Part shown: piece after piece, positions 47,941-58,354 of the stretch
Layout of the letters: the number at the start of each line of letters is the position of its first letter
Numbering within the stretch: the stretch's first letter is position 1
Source of the DNA: an uncultured Bacilli bacterium
Lineage (GTDB): Bacteria > Bacillota_I > Bacilli_A > RF39 > UBA660
NCBI GenBank assembly: GCA_944350315.1
Contig: CALVON010000041.1
Location: 7,093-71,092 of the forward strand
DNA: 64,000 nt
Direction: 5' to 3'
Notes under the pieces: model-generated
Seen by the model: only the letters and a program-made list of their open reading frames with translations
Told to the model about the DNA's origin: nothing
The model's database searches: none
Translations under genes and position numbers: made by a program

Positions 47941-47992
47941 ATTAAATTTTCGAAAAGAGATGACTTTTCGTTAGAAATTTGGTACACTTTAT

Positions 47993-49102
47993 ATGGTGAT
48001 TTGCATGAAAACAGTTGTTATTGGCATGTCAGGTGGAGTAGATTCATCTGTTGCTGCTATATTATTAAAAAAGGCTGGATATAATGTTATTGGATTATTT
48101 ATGCGCAATTGGGATAGTGAAGTAAATAACGATTTTTTAGGTAATCCTAATTTAAAAAATAATATATGTCCTCAAGAACAAGACTATAATGATGCTTTAA
48201 GCGTATGTGAAAAATTAGGAATCCCATTACATCGAGTTGATTTTGTAAAAGAATATTGGGATAATGTTTTTACTTATTTTTTGGATGAACTAAAAAAAGG
48301 AAGAACCCCTAATCCTGATGTAATGTGTAATAGATATATTAAATTTGATTTGTTTTATAAAAAGGCAATTGAACTAGGAGCTGATTATATTGCAACGGGA
48401 CATTATGCCAAAATAGTAGATGGACAATTATATAAAGCTAAAGATAAAAATAAAGATCAAAGTTATTTTTTAGCATATGTTAATAAGGAAATTTTCAAAA
48501 AAGTATTATTTCCTTTGGAAGATATTGAAAAGCAAGAGGTAAGAAAAATTGCCAAACAATATGATATAATTACTGCCAAAAAGAAAGATTCTACAGGTAT
48601 ATGTTTTATTGGGGAAAGAAATTTTACTGAATTTTTAAAAAATTATCTCCCTAATCAAAACGGGAAAATTGTTAATATTGAAACCGGAGAAGTGCTTGGT
48701 GAACATTGTGGATTGATGTATTATACAATAGGGCAGAGAAGAGGTTTAAATTTAGGCAATTTTCACGATAAATTTAGTGGAAAAGTTTTTGTTGTAAAGA
48801 AAGACTTAGCAAATAATATTTTATATGTGGCTTTAGGAGATGAAAATAAATATTTGTATTCAAATAGGGCAATTATTAAGAATTTTAATTTTTTAGTTGA
48901 TAAGTTACCAATAAAATGCAGTTGTAAATTTAGATATCGTCAACAAGATATTGCATGTCAAGTAAATATACTAGATAATAATGATATTGAATTAAAATAT
49001 GACAATGCCAAGGCAGTAACTGAAGGTCAATTCTGTGTATTATACCAAGATGATTTATGCTTAGGTGGCGGTATAATTGAACATGTATATAGTGACAGGT
49101 GA
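47993..49102 (+). CDS. mnmA: tRNA-specific 2-thiouridylase MnmA
   Basis: PP-loop IGMSGGVDSSVAA. Full-length MnmA similarity. An alternative ATG at 48005 (MKTVVIGMSGG) is more typical. Confidence 0.85.
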   Translation: MVICMKTVVIGMSGGVDSSVAAILLKKAGYNVIGLFMRNWDSEVNNDFLGNPNLKNNICPQEQDYNDALSVCEKLGIPLHRVDFVKEYWDNVFTYFLDELKKGRTPNPDVMCNRYIKFDLFYKKAIELGADYIATGHYAKIVDGQLYKAKDKNKDQSYFLAYVNKEIFKKVLFPLEDIEKQEVRKIAKQYDIITAKKKDSTGICFIGERNFTEFLKNYLPNQNGKIVNIETGEVLGEHCGLMYYTIGQRRGLNLGNFHDKFSGKVFVVKKDLANNILYVALGDENKYLYSNRAIIKNFNFLVDKLPIKCSCKFRYRQQDIACQVNILDNNDIELKYDNAKAVTEGQFCVLYQDDLCLGGGIIEHVYSDR

Positions 49103-49177
49103 TAAGACTATATTTATAGTTAATGCCTTGACACAATACATGTAAAATGATAAAATTGTATATATGGAGGATTCTAT

Positions 49178-49960
49178 ATGAATACAGTAGAAAAAATAAA
49201 TGTAATATTAAAAGAGGCAAATATTTCTAAGGTAAATTTAGCAAAATATTTAGGAGTATCTAGACAAATGGTATATAACTATTTAGATGGAGAGGATCTA
49301 TCAAAATTGTCAAATGATAAATCCCAAGCTTTATTTGCTTTATTAAATGTAAAAAACGAAGATGAATTAAAAAACATTGAGTTGACAAAAGAATATATTC
49401 AAGAAGTAGGAAATAAGTTATTCAATTCAAAGAAAAATGTTGTTAAAAAAAATGAAATTATTGAACTATCAGGATTACGACCAGAAGAACAGACAGTTAT
49501 CAATGATATTGTTTTTATATTAAAAGAAATATTAAATGAAGACAAAACAAAAAATAGCTTAATTCTATTAAATTACTTTTATCATTTTATTCAGGCAACT
49601 TTAAAAACAAAAGAAGCAAAATATATTTTAGCCTATTTTTCAAAATCTTTAGGTTTTACAACACCTACTGTTTATGAATTTGAAGAAGATCAACAATTTG
49701 TTTTTGAAAGTATAATGTATTCTGCTATGACTCTATATAATAATGGAGGAGCCTCTAGGACTAAACTTGCCGAATCTCATCGACGTTGGGAAAATGAATT
49801 GTCAAAGAAAAATGAAGAAAAATTAAGTCGTACTCAAGAGTTAAATACAGCTAAAGTATTAGCCCTAAAAGAACTTGGCTATACAGAAATAAACGAACAT
49901 AATGCTAGTGAAGTTTTCGATAAAATTGCTGAAATTCAATCAAGAGGTATATATAATTAA
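49178..49960 (+). CDS. HTH (XRE-like) domain protein with a ~190-aa C-terminal domain of unknown function
   Basis: N-terminal ISKVNLAKYLGVSRQMVYNYLDG. Confidence 0.5.
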   Translation: MNTVEKINVILKEANISKVNLAKYLGVSRQMVYNYLDGEDLSKLSNDKSQALFALLNVKNEDELKNIELTKEYIQEVGNKLFNSKKNVVKKNEIIELSGLRPEEQTVINDIVFILKEILNEDKTKNSLILLNYFYHFIQATLKTKEAKYILAYFSKSLGFTTPTVYEFEEDQQFVFESIMYSAMTLYNNGGASRTKLAESHRRWENELSKKNEEKLSRTQELNTAKVLALKELGYTEINEHNASEVFDKIAEIQSRGIYN

Positions 49961-50354
49961 TTATATAAGAAAATAATATATTTTCTTCTTTTTTTATACT
50001 TTATAATAAGTTCCTATAATATATATTATGTTAACTTCTGTTTAAAATTAAAATATAATTATATATTATTTTTTCTATTTATACTATCTTGCTCATATGT
50101 ATACATGTATATTTAATTAATCAGTAATTATTAATTTAAAATTTATATTTTTAAATTTATATTTTTAATTTTTATAATAATTTGTATTAAAATTATATAC
50201 TTATCTTAATTACCAAATTATAAATGCAAATTATGATTTTGAAAATTGCATCGAAATTATATATTGTGTATAATTGCTAATCTATAATGCAAATTTAATA
50301 GTATATATTTTTTAGATTTGTTCAAGATATATTTGTATAGGAGGATAAATATAT

Positions 50355-50519
50355 ATGAAGAAACAAACCATAAAGTGTGATGTTAAAAATTGTAAATTTA
50401 ATGATAATAAAGAATATTTATGTTGTTTAGAGAATATTGATATTACATGTTGCTGTAATAGTGATAAATGTGATGAAAAAGAAAGTACAATATGTAATTC
50501 TTTCGAGAAAAAAGAATAG
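50355..50519 (+). CDS. DUF1540-like small cysteine-rich protein (54 aa)
   Basis: MKKQTIKCDVKNCKFNDNKEYLCCLENIDITCCCNSDKCDE. RBS AGGAGGA at 50340-50346. The pattern C-x-V-x-N-C-x-F-N-D... matches the DUF1540 family of Firmicutes. It is below the ORF-track length cutoff. Confidence 0.5.
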   Translation: MKKQTIKCDVKNCKFNDNKEYLCCLENIDITCCCNSDKCDEKESTICNSFEKKE

Positions 50520-50558
50520 GGAAGATAAAAATTATTGTGTATCCCCTATTCTTTTTTA

Positions 50559-51440
50559 TTAATTAAGAATTTTTTTATTTTTTAGATCATATCTATATTC
50601 TATATATTTTGCTTCTTCTGTGTATACGTTAAAATACAAGATATCATCTTTTACGTATAAATTTAAGCTATCCCTCTCCTTCTCTTCCATATATTCATAA
50701 TAAGTAGGAATAGTCATTAATAAAGTACTTTTTAAATTCGTATCAAGAATATCTATTTTTTTACTATTAATTGTAAGTAAAATTTCATCATATACAAATA
50801 CATATTTATATTCAGTATTATTTATGCTTTTGTTAGTATCAAATGAAGCTATATAATAATTATTGTTATCTTTATATAAATATAAATTATTATTTATTAA
50901 TTGTGCATAATCGTATGCTACATTTAAATTAGTGGATGTCTCTATATTTTTTATCTGATATTTATTGTTTTCATCAATATATACAAGGTAATTACCTTGA
51001 TAATCAGTTATTTTATTATATTCTGGTTTAATAATTATTTTACTTGTATTATCTATTATTCCTTGCATATTATTCATATCTGTAAAAATATAATAATTAT
51101 TATTTAAATATTGGTAATCAATATAAGTATCATTAACTATCTGATCTTCTTTATAATCATAAAGCCAAGTTTTATTATTATTTGTTAGTATCAGTATATT
51201 ATTATTAATATCTTTTATATAAGGGCATAAATCATCTTCACAAACGATTTTACTGTAATAACTATCTGGTTTTATTGTACTTGTACATAAATAATTATTG
51301 CAGTTATAAAAATATAAATATTGATTTAAATCTTTATTTTCCCATTTTACTTTATACTTAATAATTAAATATAATATTAAGATTAAGATTCCATATAGTC
51401 CAACTATCCAAATGATTCTCCATAAATTATTCTTTTTCAT
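50559..51440 (-). CDS. Membrane-anchored Tyr/Asn-rich repeat protein, hypothetical
   Basis: 293 aa with an N-terminal TM helix. Overlaps the upstream P-type ATPase stop, consistent with an operon. Confidence 0.5.
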   Translation of the reverse strand: MKKNNLWRIIWIVGLYGILILILYLIIKYKVKWENKDLNQYLYFYNCNNYLCTSTIKPDSYYSKIVCEDDLCPYIKDINNNILILTNNNKTWLYDYKEDQIVNDTYIDYQYLNNNYYIFTDMNNMQGIIDNTSKIIIKPEYNKITDYQGNYLVYIDENNKYQIKNIETSTNLNVAYDYAQLINNNLYLYKDNNNYYIASFDTNKSINNTEYKYVFVYDEILLTINSKKIDILDTNLKSTLLMTIPTYYEYMEEKERDSLNLYVKDDILYFNVYTEEAKYIEYRYDLKNKKILN

Positions 51441-53760
51441 ACACTACCCTACTCCTTTTGGTAACTTTTTTAGTAATAAAATCATATATTTCTTCAAAAA
51501 AATCTGTCATATATATATCAGCGATAGTTAATAATACTATTAAAATTATAGAGATAAATTTAATATTATTAACTAAGAAAAATTTATTAAATATTATTAA
51601 TAATGAATAGAATAATATTGTACAGATAAGTACTAATGCTTTTCTAAAATTTGATAATGGCTTGCTGATATTATAGAGTAATCTTAAATTTAAGAATCCA
51701 GTAGTTGTTACGACAATAACTCTAAAATATTCAAAATCTATATTAAATATATAGGCAACCATAACTAGAAAAAAGATATTAATAAATACACATATTCCAC
51801 TAGGAAGTGCATTTCTAAATACTTTGATTAGAAATCCTTTTTTTACTTTTTTATAATTTGGTTCAATTGCCAAGAAAAATGACGGTAAGCCAACACATAT
51901 TGCACTTATTAGGCTTAATTGAACTGGATAAAAAGGATATTCATGACTTAAAAAGATGCATAAAATAGATATCAAGAAAGAGTAAGTTGTTTTGATTAAA
52001 TACATGCTGGCAACTCTTTCAATATTATTTACTACTCTTCTACCTTCATTGACAATACTAGGTAATATTGAAAAATCAGCATCAGTCAAGACAACTTCTG
52101 AAACGCTTTTAGCAGCACTTATATCACTAGCTAAAGCAATACCACAGTTAGCTTCTTTCAGTGCTAAAATATCATTTACGCCATCTCCTATATATCCTAC
52201 AGTCATATTAGTTTTTAATGCCTTAACAATCTCTTTTTTTTGCTTAGGAGTTACTCTACCAAAAATTTTATAATTATTAACTATTTTAGTTAATTGATTA
52301 AAATCATTTGGTAATTTGTCTCCTGATATATATTTATCGTAATTTTCAATTTCTAATTGTTTTAATAGATTTGAAACTGTTACTGGATTATCTCCAGATA
52401 TAATTTTTATATCAACATCTTGCTTTTTAAAATACTCTAAAGTTTCTTTAGCATTTTTTCTAATATTATCTTTTAAAATAATAAATGCTAGTATTTGATT
52501 ATTATCTTTATCAAATTCAGAATCACATCTAGCTAGGGTTATTATACGATACCCTTTTTCAATATATGATGTAATATCAGGGTAATCAATAATTTTTTTA
52601 TTTGTAATAAATTCAAATGCTCCTATTACATAAGTTTCATCTTTAAATTGAGTTAATGAATACTTCCTTACTGATGAAAAAGGAATCTTATTTATTACTT
52701 TTAATGGCTTTTTTATCTTAAAATAATTATTAAGTGCTTTATCAGTAGCATTTATCTTTTCTTGAGTAATATTTCCAATAATATTATCTATTTTTTCCTT
52801 TTCTTCATTTATATAAATTGCATCAATTACTTTCATGCTTCCATCAGTAATCGTACCAGTTTTATCAAGACACAATACATCAACGCACGCTAATAATTCA
52901 ATTCCAGATAATTTTTGAATAATAACTTTTTTAGAAGCCATTTTAATTACTCCGACCGTAAGAGATATCGATGTTAATAAAACTAATCCTTCAGGTATCA
53001 TCCCAATAATACCAGCGACTGATGATAATATTGATTCTTGATATGTTTGATTGCTATAAAAAAATTGAGTGATAAAAAGCAAAATCCCGATAGGAACAAT
53101 TAAAATAGTAACAACTTTTAGTATGGTGTTTATATTTTTCATTAAATATGATGTATTGTTATTTTCTTTACTTGCTTCTTTAATTAAATTATTTGTATAT
53201 GTATCTCTATTTATAGAGGTAACTTTTGCATATCCAGTGCCAGATACAATAATGGTACCTGAAATTAAAAGATCATCTTCTTTTTTATTGATAGTATCAC
53301 TTTCGCCGGTTATTATTGATTCATCTACTTCTAAATTTTCTGATTTTATTAATTTTGCATCTACTACTAAAGTATTACCAGCTTTAAGATATAATATGTC
53401 ATCAATTAAGATTTCTGATGGCATAATTTCAACTTTTTTATTTTCTCTAATTACAATTACTTTATTAGCACTAACAATTTTTAAATTATCAATAATAATT
53501 TTTGCTTTTATTTCTTGATATATTCCAATTATAGTATTAAAGAATATAGCACCGACAAATGTTGCATTGGCAATTGAACCAGTAGTTAATACTAATATAA
53601 ATAATACAAGATGAATCAAATTAAATAATGTAATGGTATTATTTAATACAATTTCTTTTATACTTCTAGAATTACGAATTTCTTCATTATTTATTAAGCC
53701 ATTATTAATTCTATATTCAATTTCCTTTTGATTTAATCCTTCCATGTTTCCTTCTTTCAA
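51427..53760 (-). CDS. Cation-transporting P-type ATPase (P2-type, Ca2+/Mg2+-like)
   Basis: 777 aa. Phosphorylation site CLDKTGTIT, hinge VGYIGDGVNDILALKEAN, 8-10 TM helices. Confidence 0.8.
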   Translation of the reverse strand: MKEGNMEGLNQKEIEYRINNGLINNEEIRNSRSIKEIVLNNTITLFNLIHLVLFILVLTTGSIANATFVGAIFFNTIIGIYQEIKAKIIIDNLKIVSANKVIVIRENKKVEIMPSEILIDDILYLKAGNTLVVDAKLIKSENLEVDESIITGESDTINKKEDDLLISGTIIVSGTGYAKVTSINRDTYTNNLIKEASKENNNTSYLMKNINTILKVVTILIVPIGILLFITQFFYSNQTYQESILSSVAGIIGMIPEGLVLLTSISLTVGVIKMASKKVIIQKLSGIELLACVDVLCLDKTGTITDGSMKVIDAIYINEEKEKIDNIIGNITQEKINATDKALNNYFKIKKPLKVINKIPFSSVRKYSLTQFKDETYVIGAFEFITNKKIIDYPDITSYIEKGYRIITLARCDSEFDKDNNQILAFIILKDNIRKNAKETLEYFKKQDVDIKIISGDNPVTVSNLLKQLEIENYDKYISGDKLPNDFNQLTKIVNNYKIFGRVTPKQKKEIVKALKTNMTVGYIGDGVNDILALKEANCGIALASDISAAKSVSEVVLTDADFSILPSIVNEGRRVVNNIERVASMYLIKTTYSFLISILCIFLSHEYPFYPVQLSLISAICVGLPSFFLAIEPNYKKVKKGFLIKVFRNALPSGICVFINIFFLVMVAYIFNIDFEYFRVIVVTTTGFLNLRLLYNISKPLSNFRKALVLICTILFYSLLIIFNKFFLVNNIKFISIILIVLLTIADIYMTDFFEEIYDFITKKVTKRSRVVYEKE

Positions 53761-53788
53761 AAAGGGGATCTAAATAGATCCCAACTAA

Positions 53789-54952
53789 TTATCGGTAAAA
53801 ATATCCGCCACCACTATATACAAGTGCTGGGAAACTAAATATTTCACGAGGATTAATTGAATAAGAATTAAAATTCCAAGCACTATTTCCTTCAGCAATA
53901 CCGAAATGTAGATGAGTTCCTGTAGTACAATAATCATATCCTCCATTTTGAATTGCTGTACTATATCCACCAACATAACCAATAACAGTATCATCGGTTA
54001 CTACTCTTCCTACATACATATCTTTTGCAACACTCAATAAATGCATATATACGGTTGTATAGCTTTTTCCATTTACATTATGAGAAATATATACTGAATT
54101 TCCACCGCAACTATAAAAAGCAATTCTGGAAATTACCCCATCAGCAGCAGCATATATGTTGGTTCCTTCATTAACGCAATCTAGATCAATTGCATGATGT
54201 CCTCCAGAAAAACCTGAATATTCACATGTTACACATCCTTTTGCTAAAGGATATTTCCATCCATAAGCATTAATTGATGCTGAACAAGTAGATATATCTT
54301 GATTTCTTGAACAGCCCATATCTTCATATACTTTTATAACTTTTTTTAAGTCTTTGATATCTTCTTCAATATCTACTCCTTCAGTTTTAAAACTTTCTAA
54401 ACTATATGAAAGGGCATTTACTTTTTTAGTCAATTCTTGACGATTATTTTCAAGTTTAACATTATTTGCAGATAATTCTTCTTCTTTTTCATTAAGTTCT
54501 ATAATTAAATCTTCTAATTCATCAATTAAATCCGAATTATAATTTGTCAATTGTTTTACTACTTCATAACGATATATAAAATCAGTATAATTCTCAGCAT
54601 CAAATAAATACTCTAAATAAATATTTCCACCATTTGATACTTGCAAAAATTGAAGCAGTCCATCAGTTTCTACTTTTTTATCTTTAATTTTAACTTTACT
54701 ATTTTCGATATCAATTTCTGCTTGTTTAATTTCTTCTCTTGTAGCTTCAATTGTCTCAGATATATTATATATTTCATTATTTAAATTTTTTATTTGTTCT
54801 TCAGTTAAATTTTTATTATTTAAGTTATTATTATATTTTACTTGTAAATCTGCTAATTGATCATACATATCTTGAAGTGTTTTAGCTTTTGCATGCATAG
54901 GGATTAATAAGCCAATTACAAATATTACTATTAAGTAAAATCTTCTTTTCAT
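53789..54952 (-). CDS. M23-family peptidoglycan metalloendopeptidase with N-terminal coiled coil
   Basis: 387 aa with a signal peptide. HxxxD and HLH motifs (HAIDL, GTHLHFG). Confidence 0.75.
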   Translation of the reverse strand: MKRRFYLIVIFVIGLLIPMHAKAKTLQDMYDQLADLQVKYNNNLNNKNLTEEQIKNLNNEIYNISETIEATREEIKQAEIDIENSKVKIKDKKVETDGLLQFLQVSNGGNIYLEYLFDAENYTDFIYRYEVVKQLTNYNSDLIDELEDLIIELNEKEEELSANNVKLENNRQELTKKVNALSYSLESFKTEGVDIEEDIKDLKKVIKVYEDMGCSRNQDISTCSASINAYGWKYPLAKGCVTCEYSGFSGGHHAIDLDCVNEGTNIYAAADGVISRIAFYSCGGNSVYISHNVNGKSYTTVYMHLLSVAKDMYVGRVVTDDTVIGYVGGYSTAIQNGGYDYCTTGTHLHFGIAEGNSAWNFNSYSINPREIFSFPALVYSGGGYFYR

Positions 54953-55039
54953 TTTCTGACCACCCTACAATAATTATATATTAATTTAGTAGTTAAAGTC
55001 AATAAATACTGTATAATCAATAATAAAATTTTAATTATG

Positions 55040-56452
55040 TCAATGTTGTTTTAATCTCCTTTTTTTAAAATCTATTCCTTTATTGAAATAAAGACTTTGA
55101 ACATTGCTTATTCTTCTACTTAAAAAATTTGTATTTTTATAATATCTATTTCGATATATTACTTTATCTCTTTCTTCTGTAAATAAAATATTTAATAATA
55201 ATTCTAATTTTTCTTCTTCAGTAATATTTTTTCTTAATAATGCTAAATCACTATTTCTTTTATCATTTTCATCTAAATATGGAATTTTACATGATACTTG
55301 AATCAAATGAACAAATAATTTAATATTACAAAACAATTCATAAAAATTAATTTCACCATTAGGTATTCTAAATTCAATTGTTCTAATATTTGTATTAATA
55401 TTTAATCCTTTATATCTTTCAAAATTGATTTTTTTAAGTTTTTCTAGTAATATTTCTATATCTTGCCCAACATTTTCAAAATCTTTTTTTCTAATTGCTA
55501 ATTCATATATTTTTTTAATTTTACTAGCATATATTTTTACTTGTCTTCTAGGCTTGCTTCCTTCTTTATTTGAAATTAAATAGAATATATTTTCACAATT
55601 GCAGTATATATATAATAAAGTAAATATTTGTTCAACATTATTTATACAATCTATTCCAATATGGATATGCCCGCCACAGCTATTACTGGTATAAAAGCCA
55701 CATGTTTTTAATATATTACAAATCGTATTTAGTTTTTGCATGTCTTCGTGTGTATAATTTAATTTAGGAGATATTATTTCAAAGCCATTAGATAAAGTAC
55801 TTTCTTCTTTTACTCTAAATTCTTCTAATACGGTATCAATATTACTATATAAATCAATACTATCATTTAATACTTCCAATTCAATCCCAATTGTTATATC
55901 AGGAAATCCATTTTCATGGTTTATTGATGGTGCTATACTACTATTTTTAATTATCATACTTTTGTATGGTTCAAAATTTGATAGAATAAATATTTTGTAG
56001 TATTGGTGATCTATTAATTTTATTAATTTAATTTTAATTTTTAAATCAGCTACCAAATTAATTATTTCAATTTTATACTTTAAAGAGTTACTACGATTAA
56101 AGTAAAATAATATGTTTTCATATTTTTTTAAAGATGCAATAATATCTGTTTGAAATGTTAAATACTTTTTATCATCAATAAACTTTAATTTGTTTTTATC
56201 TTCATCTAAAGACTTTATTAATTCTAATTGTTCTTTCATGTTAAATAAATATAATAATTTAATCTTAATAGTATCATTTAATCTTTTTATAATTTCAAAT
56301 AAATTATCTTTCCCTATATCATTTAAATTAGTAAGCAAAATATCTAAAATAACTGCATCAGTTTTTATTTCCTTAATCATAATTGTAAGATTATTTAAAT
56401 TAATTGTTTTTATATTTTTAGTAATATAGTCTTTAACTTCTAAATCATTCAT
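55040..56452 (-). CDS. Hypothetical protein, possibly amidoligase (GS-like Amidoligase_2) family, with a ~180-aa N-terminal extension
   Basis: 470 aa. IGIELEV, GFEIISPKL and CGGHIHIGID fit the carboxylate-amine ligase signature of the Amidoligase_2 family. Weakly supported. Confidence 0.35.
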   Translation of the reverse strand: MNDLEVKDYITKNIKTINLNNLTIMIKEIKTDAVILDILLTNLNDIGKDNLFEIIKRLNDTIKIKLLYLFNMKEQLELIKSLDEDKNKLKFIDDKKYLTFQTDIIASLKKYENILFYFNRSNSLKYKIEIINLVADLKIKIKLIKLIDHQYYKIFILSNFEPYKSMIIKNSSIAPSINHENGFPDITIGIELEVLNDSIDLYSNIDTVLEEFRVKEESTLSNGFEIISPKLNYTHEDMQKLNTICNILKTCGFYTSNSCGGHIHIGIDCINNVEQIFTLLYIYCNCENIFYLISNKEGSKPRRQVKIYASKIKKIYELAIRKKDFENVGQDIEILLEKLKKINFERYKGLNINTNIRTIEFRIPNGEINFYELFCNIKLFVHLIQVSCKIPYLDENDKRNSDLALLRKNITEEEKLELLLNILFTEERDKVIYRNRYYKNTNFLSRRISNVQSLYFNKGIDFKKRRLKQH

Positions 56453-56511
56453 AACTTTCCCCTTTGGTGGAATATATTATAGTTTTGTTATATTTTTTTG
56501 TCAAATAAAAA

Positions 56512-57255
56512 CTATGAATTTTCATAGTTTTCATCCCATTTACATAAAATATCCTCGTCAATTATACTTGCATCAAAGCGATAATGTTTGGTTACTTTAC
56601 CTCTTTTTAAATAATCTTCTTCTCTAATTGGTTGTCCACCATTATGTAATATATAACTAATTCCTTCTTTATTGCGGTAATTTGATACTATACCTATATG
56701 GCTGTTATTTCCAAATATTACTATATCGCCAGGCATCCACTCTTCAATTTCATAAATATCATTGGTCAAAGTAATTGCATATTTATCAAAAAATACTCGC
56801 AAATTTTTAACTCTTCTAAAATCGATATTTTTATCTATAGTGGTTATTCCATAATCTTGCTTGTTATTTAATATATCTTTATCAATCATGTCTTTAAGAG
56901 AATATCCAGCTTCTCTGAATGCTCTCCATACTAAATCAGTACATACCCCTTCATTTTCTTTAGGGTACCCTCCATCATAATAAACTGATTTATACTTTGG
57001 CTTATTATAAGCATCCTTTTTAGCACCATATAGAATGTCAGTATAATCATCTATCCCATTATTGTTATAATCAATTATACTTTTAATTTCTTCTATACCA
57101 AAATCAACACTTGTATATTTTTTCTTAGGAATGATATTAAAATAATCTAATATTAAAAATACTAATAAAATTGAAAAAAAGATGCTTATAAGTAATATTA
57201 TATTTTTCTTTTTCATGATATTATTTATATAACAAAACAAATTAGATACATACAA
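56512..57255 (-). CDS. NlpC/P60-CHAP superfamily (DUF1287-like) membrane-anchored protein
   Basis: 247 aa with an N-terminal TM helix. Putative Cys and His: EGVCTDLVWRAF and GDIVIFGNNSHIGIV. Confidence 0.5.
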   Translation of the reverse strand: MYVSNLFCYINNIMKKKNIILLISIFFSILLVFLILDYFNIIPKKKYTSVDFGIEEIKSIIDYNNNGIDDYTDILYGAKKDAYNKPKYKSVYYDGGYPKENEGVCTDLVWRAFREAGYSLKDMIDKDILNNKQDYGITTIDKNIDFRRVKNLRVFFDKYAITLTNDIYEIEEWMPGDIVIFGNNSHIGIVSNYRNKEGISYILHNGGQPIREEDYLKRGKVTKHYRFDASIIDEDILCKWDENYENS

Positions 57256-57277
57256 ATCTAATTTGTTTTAAGTTTAT

Positions 57278-58354
57278 TTAAAAATCTTGCCTATCTCTTA
57301 TAAATGGAGGAATATCTAATTCATTATCGCTATAGTCGTCATCTTTATACATATCTTCTCTCTTAGTAGAATTAAAGCTATGGTATAATGGTTCACTTGG
57401 TTCTTCAAATCCGGTTGCAATTACCGTTACAATAACTTCATCAGTTAAATTTTCATTAATAACAGCACCAAATATAGTATTAATATCTGTATTAGCAGCG
57501 GTTCTAATGACTTCAGCTGCTTCTTCAACTTCAAATAGTGTTAAAGAACTACCACCAGTTACATTAATTATTGCATCTGTTGCACCGTTAATAGATGTTT
57601 CAAGTAATGGTGAAGAAACGGCTTGTTTTGCAGCTTCAACGGCACGATTCTCTCCAGAACCAACACCAATACCAATAAGAGCATTTCCACGGTCTTTCAT
57701 AACAGCTTTAACATCAGCGAAATCTAGATTAACTAAACCTGTTATAGCTATTAGATCAGAAATAGATTGAACTCCTCTATGAAGAACGTTATCAACTTCT
57801 CTAAATGCTTCTAACATAGGAGTAGTTTTATCAATTAATTCTCTTAATCTATCATTTGGTATAACAATTAAAGTATCAACATGTTTTTTTAGCTCGTCTA
57901 ATCCAGCAATGGCTTGCTCCATTCTTTTCTTACCTTCAAAGCTAAATGGTTTGGTAACTATTCCAACTGTTAATGCACCCAAATCTTGAGCTATTTCTGC
58001 TACTATAGGAGATGCGCCAGTACCTGTTCCACCACCCATTCCACAAGTAACAAAAACCATGTCTGCTCCTTTTAGAGCTTCTTCAATTTCTTCTTTTGAT
58101 TCTAGTGCAGCTTCTTTTCCAATAGCGGGATTAGCACCTGCACCTAAACCATCTGTAAGGTCACTACCTAATTGTAATTTTGTTGGTGCTAATGAATCAT
58201 TTAAAACCTGCAAATCAGTATTGGCAACGATAAAATCGACGCCTTTAAGTCCCGAATCAATCATTCGATTAACGGCATTACATCCGCCACCTCCAATACC
58301 CACTACTTTTATTTTTGCTAATTGATTCATTTCTAACCCAAACATATTATTCAT
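57278..58354 (-). CDS. ftsZ: Cell division protein FtsZ
   Basis: Tubulin signature GGGTGTG (..[13 protein letters not shown]..), NTD and VIAT. Confidence 0.95.
   Translation of the reverse strand: MNNMFGLEMNQLAKIKVVGIGGGGCNAVNRMIDSGLKGVDFIVANTDLQVLNDSLAPTKLQLGSDLTDGLGAGANPAIGKEAALESKEEIEEALKGADMVFVTCGMGGGTGTGASPIVAEIAQDLGALTVGIVTKPFSFEGKKRMEQAIAGLDELKKHVDTLIVIPNDRLRELIDKTTPMLEAFREVDNVLHRGVQSISDLIAITGLVNLDFADVKAVMKDRGNALIGIGVGSGENRAVEAAKQAVSSPLLETSINGATDAIINVTGGSSLTLFEVEEAAEVIRTAANTDINTIFGAVINENLTDEVIVTVIATGFEEPSEPLYHSFNSTKREDMYKDDDYSDNELDIPPFIRDRQDF

Noticed and set aside
49961-50340. CRISPR-like array in the AT-rich repeat region
   Set aside because: Only 2.3 copies of a 15-mer with no spacers of defined length and no cas genes. 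It looks like simple AT-rich tandem repetition or promoter elements.
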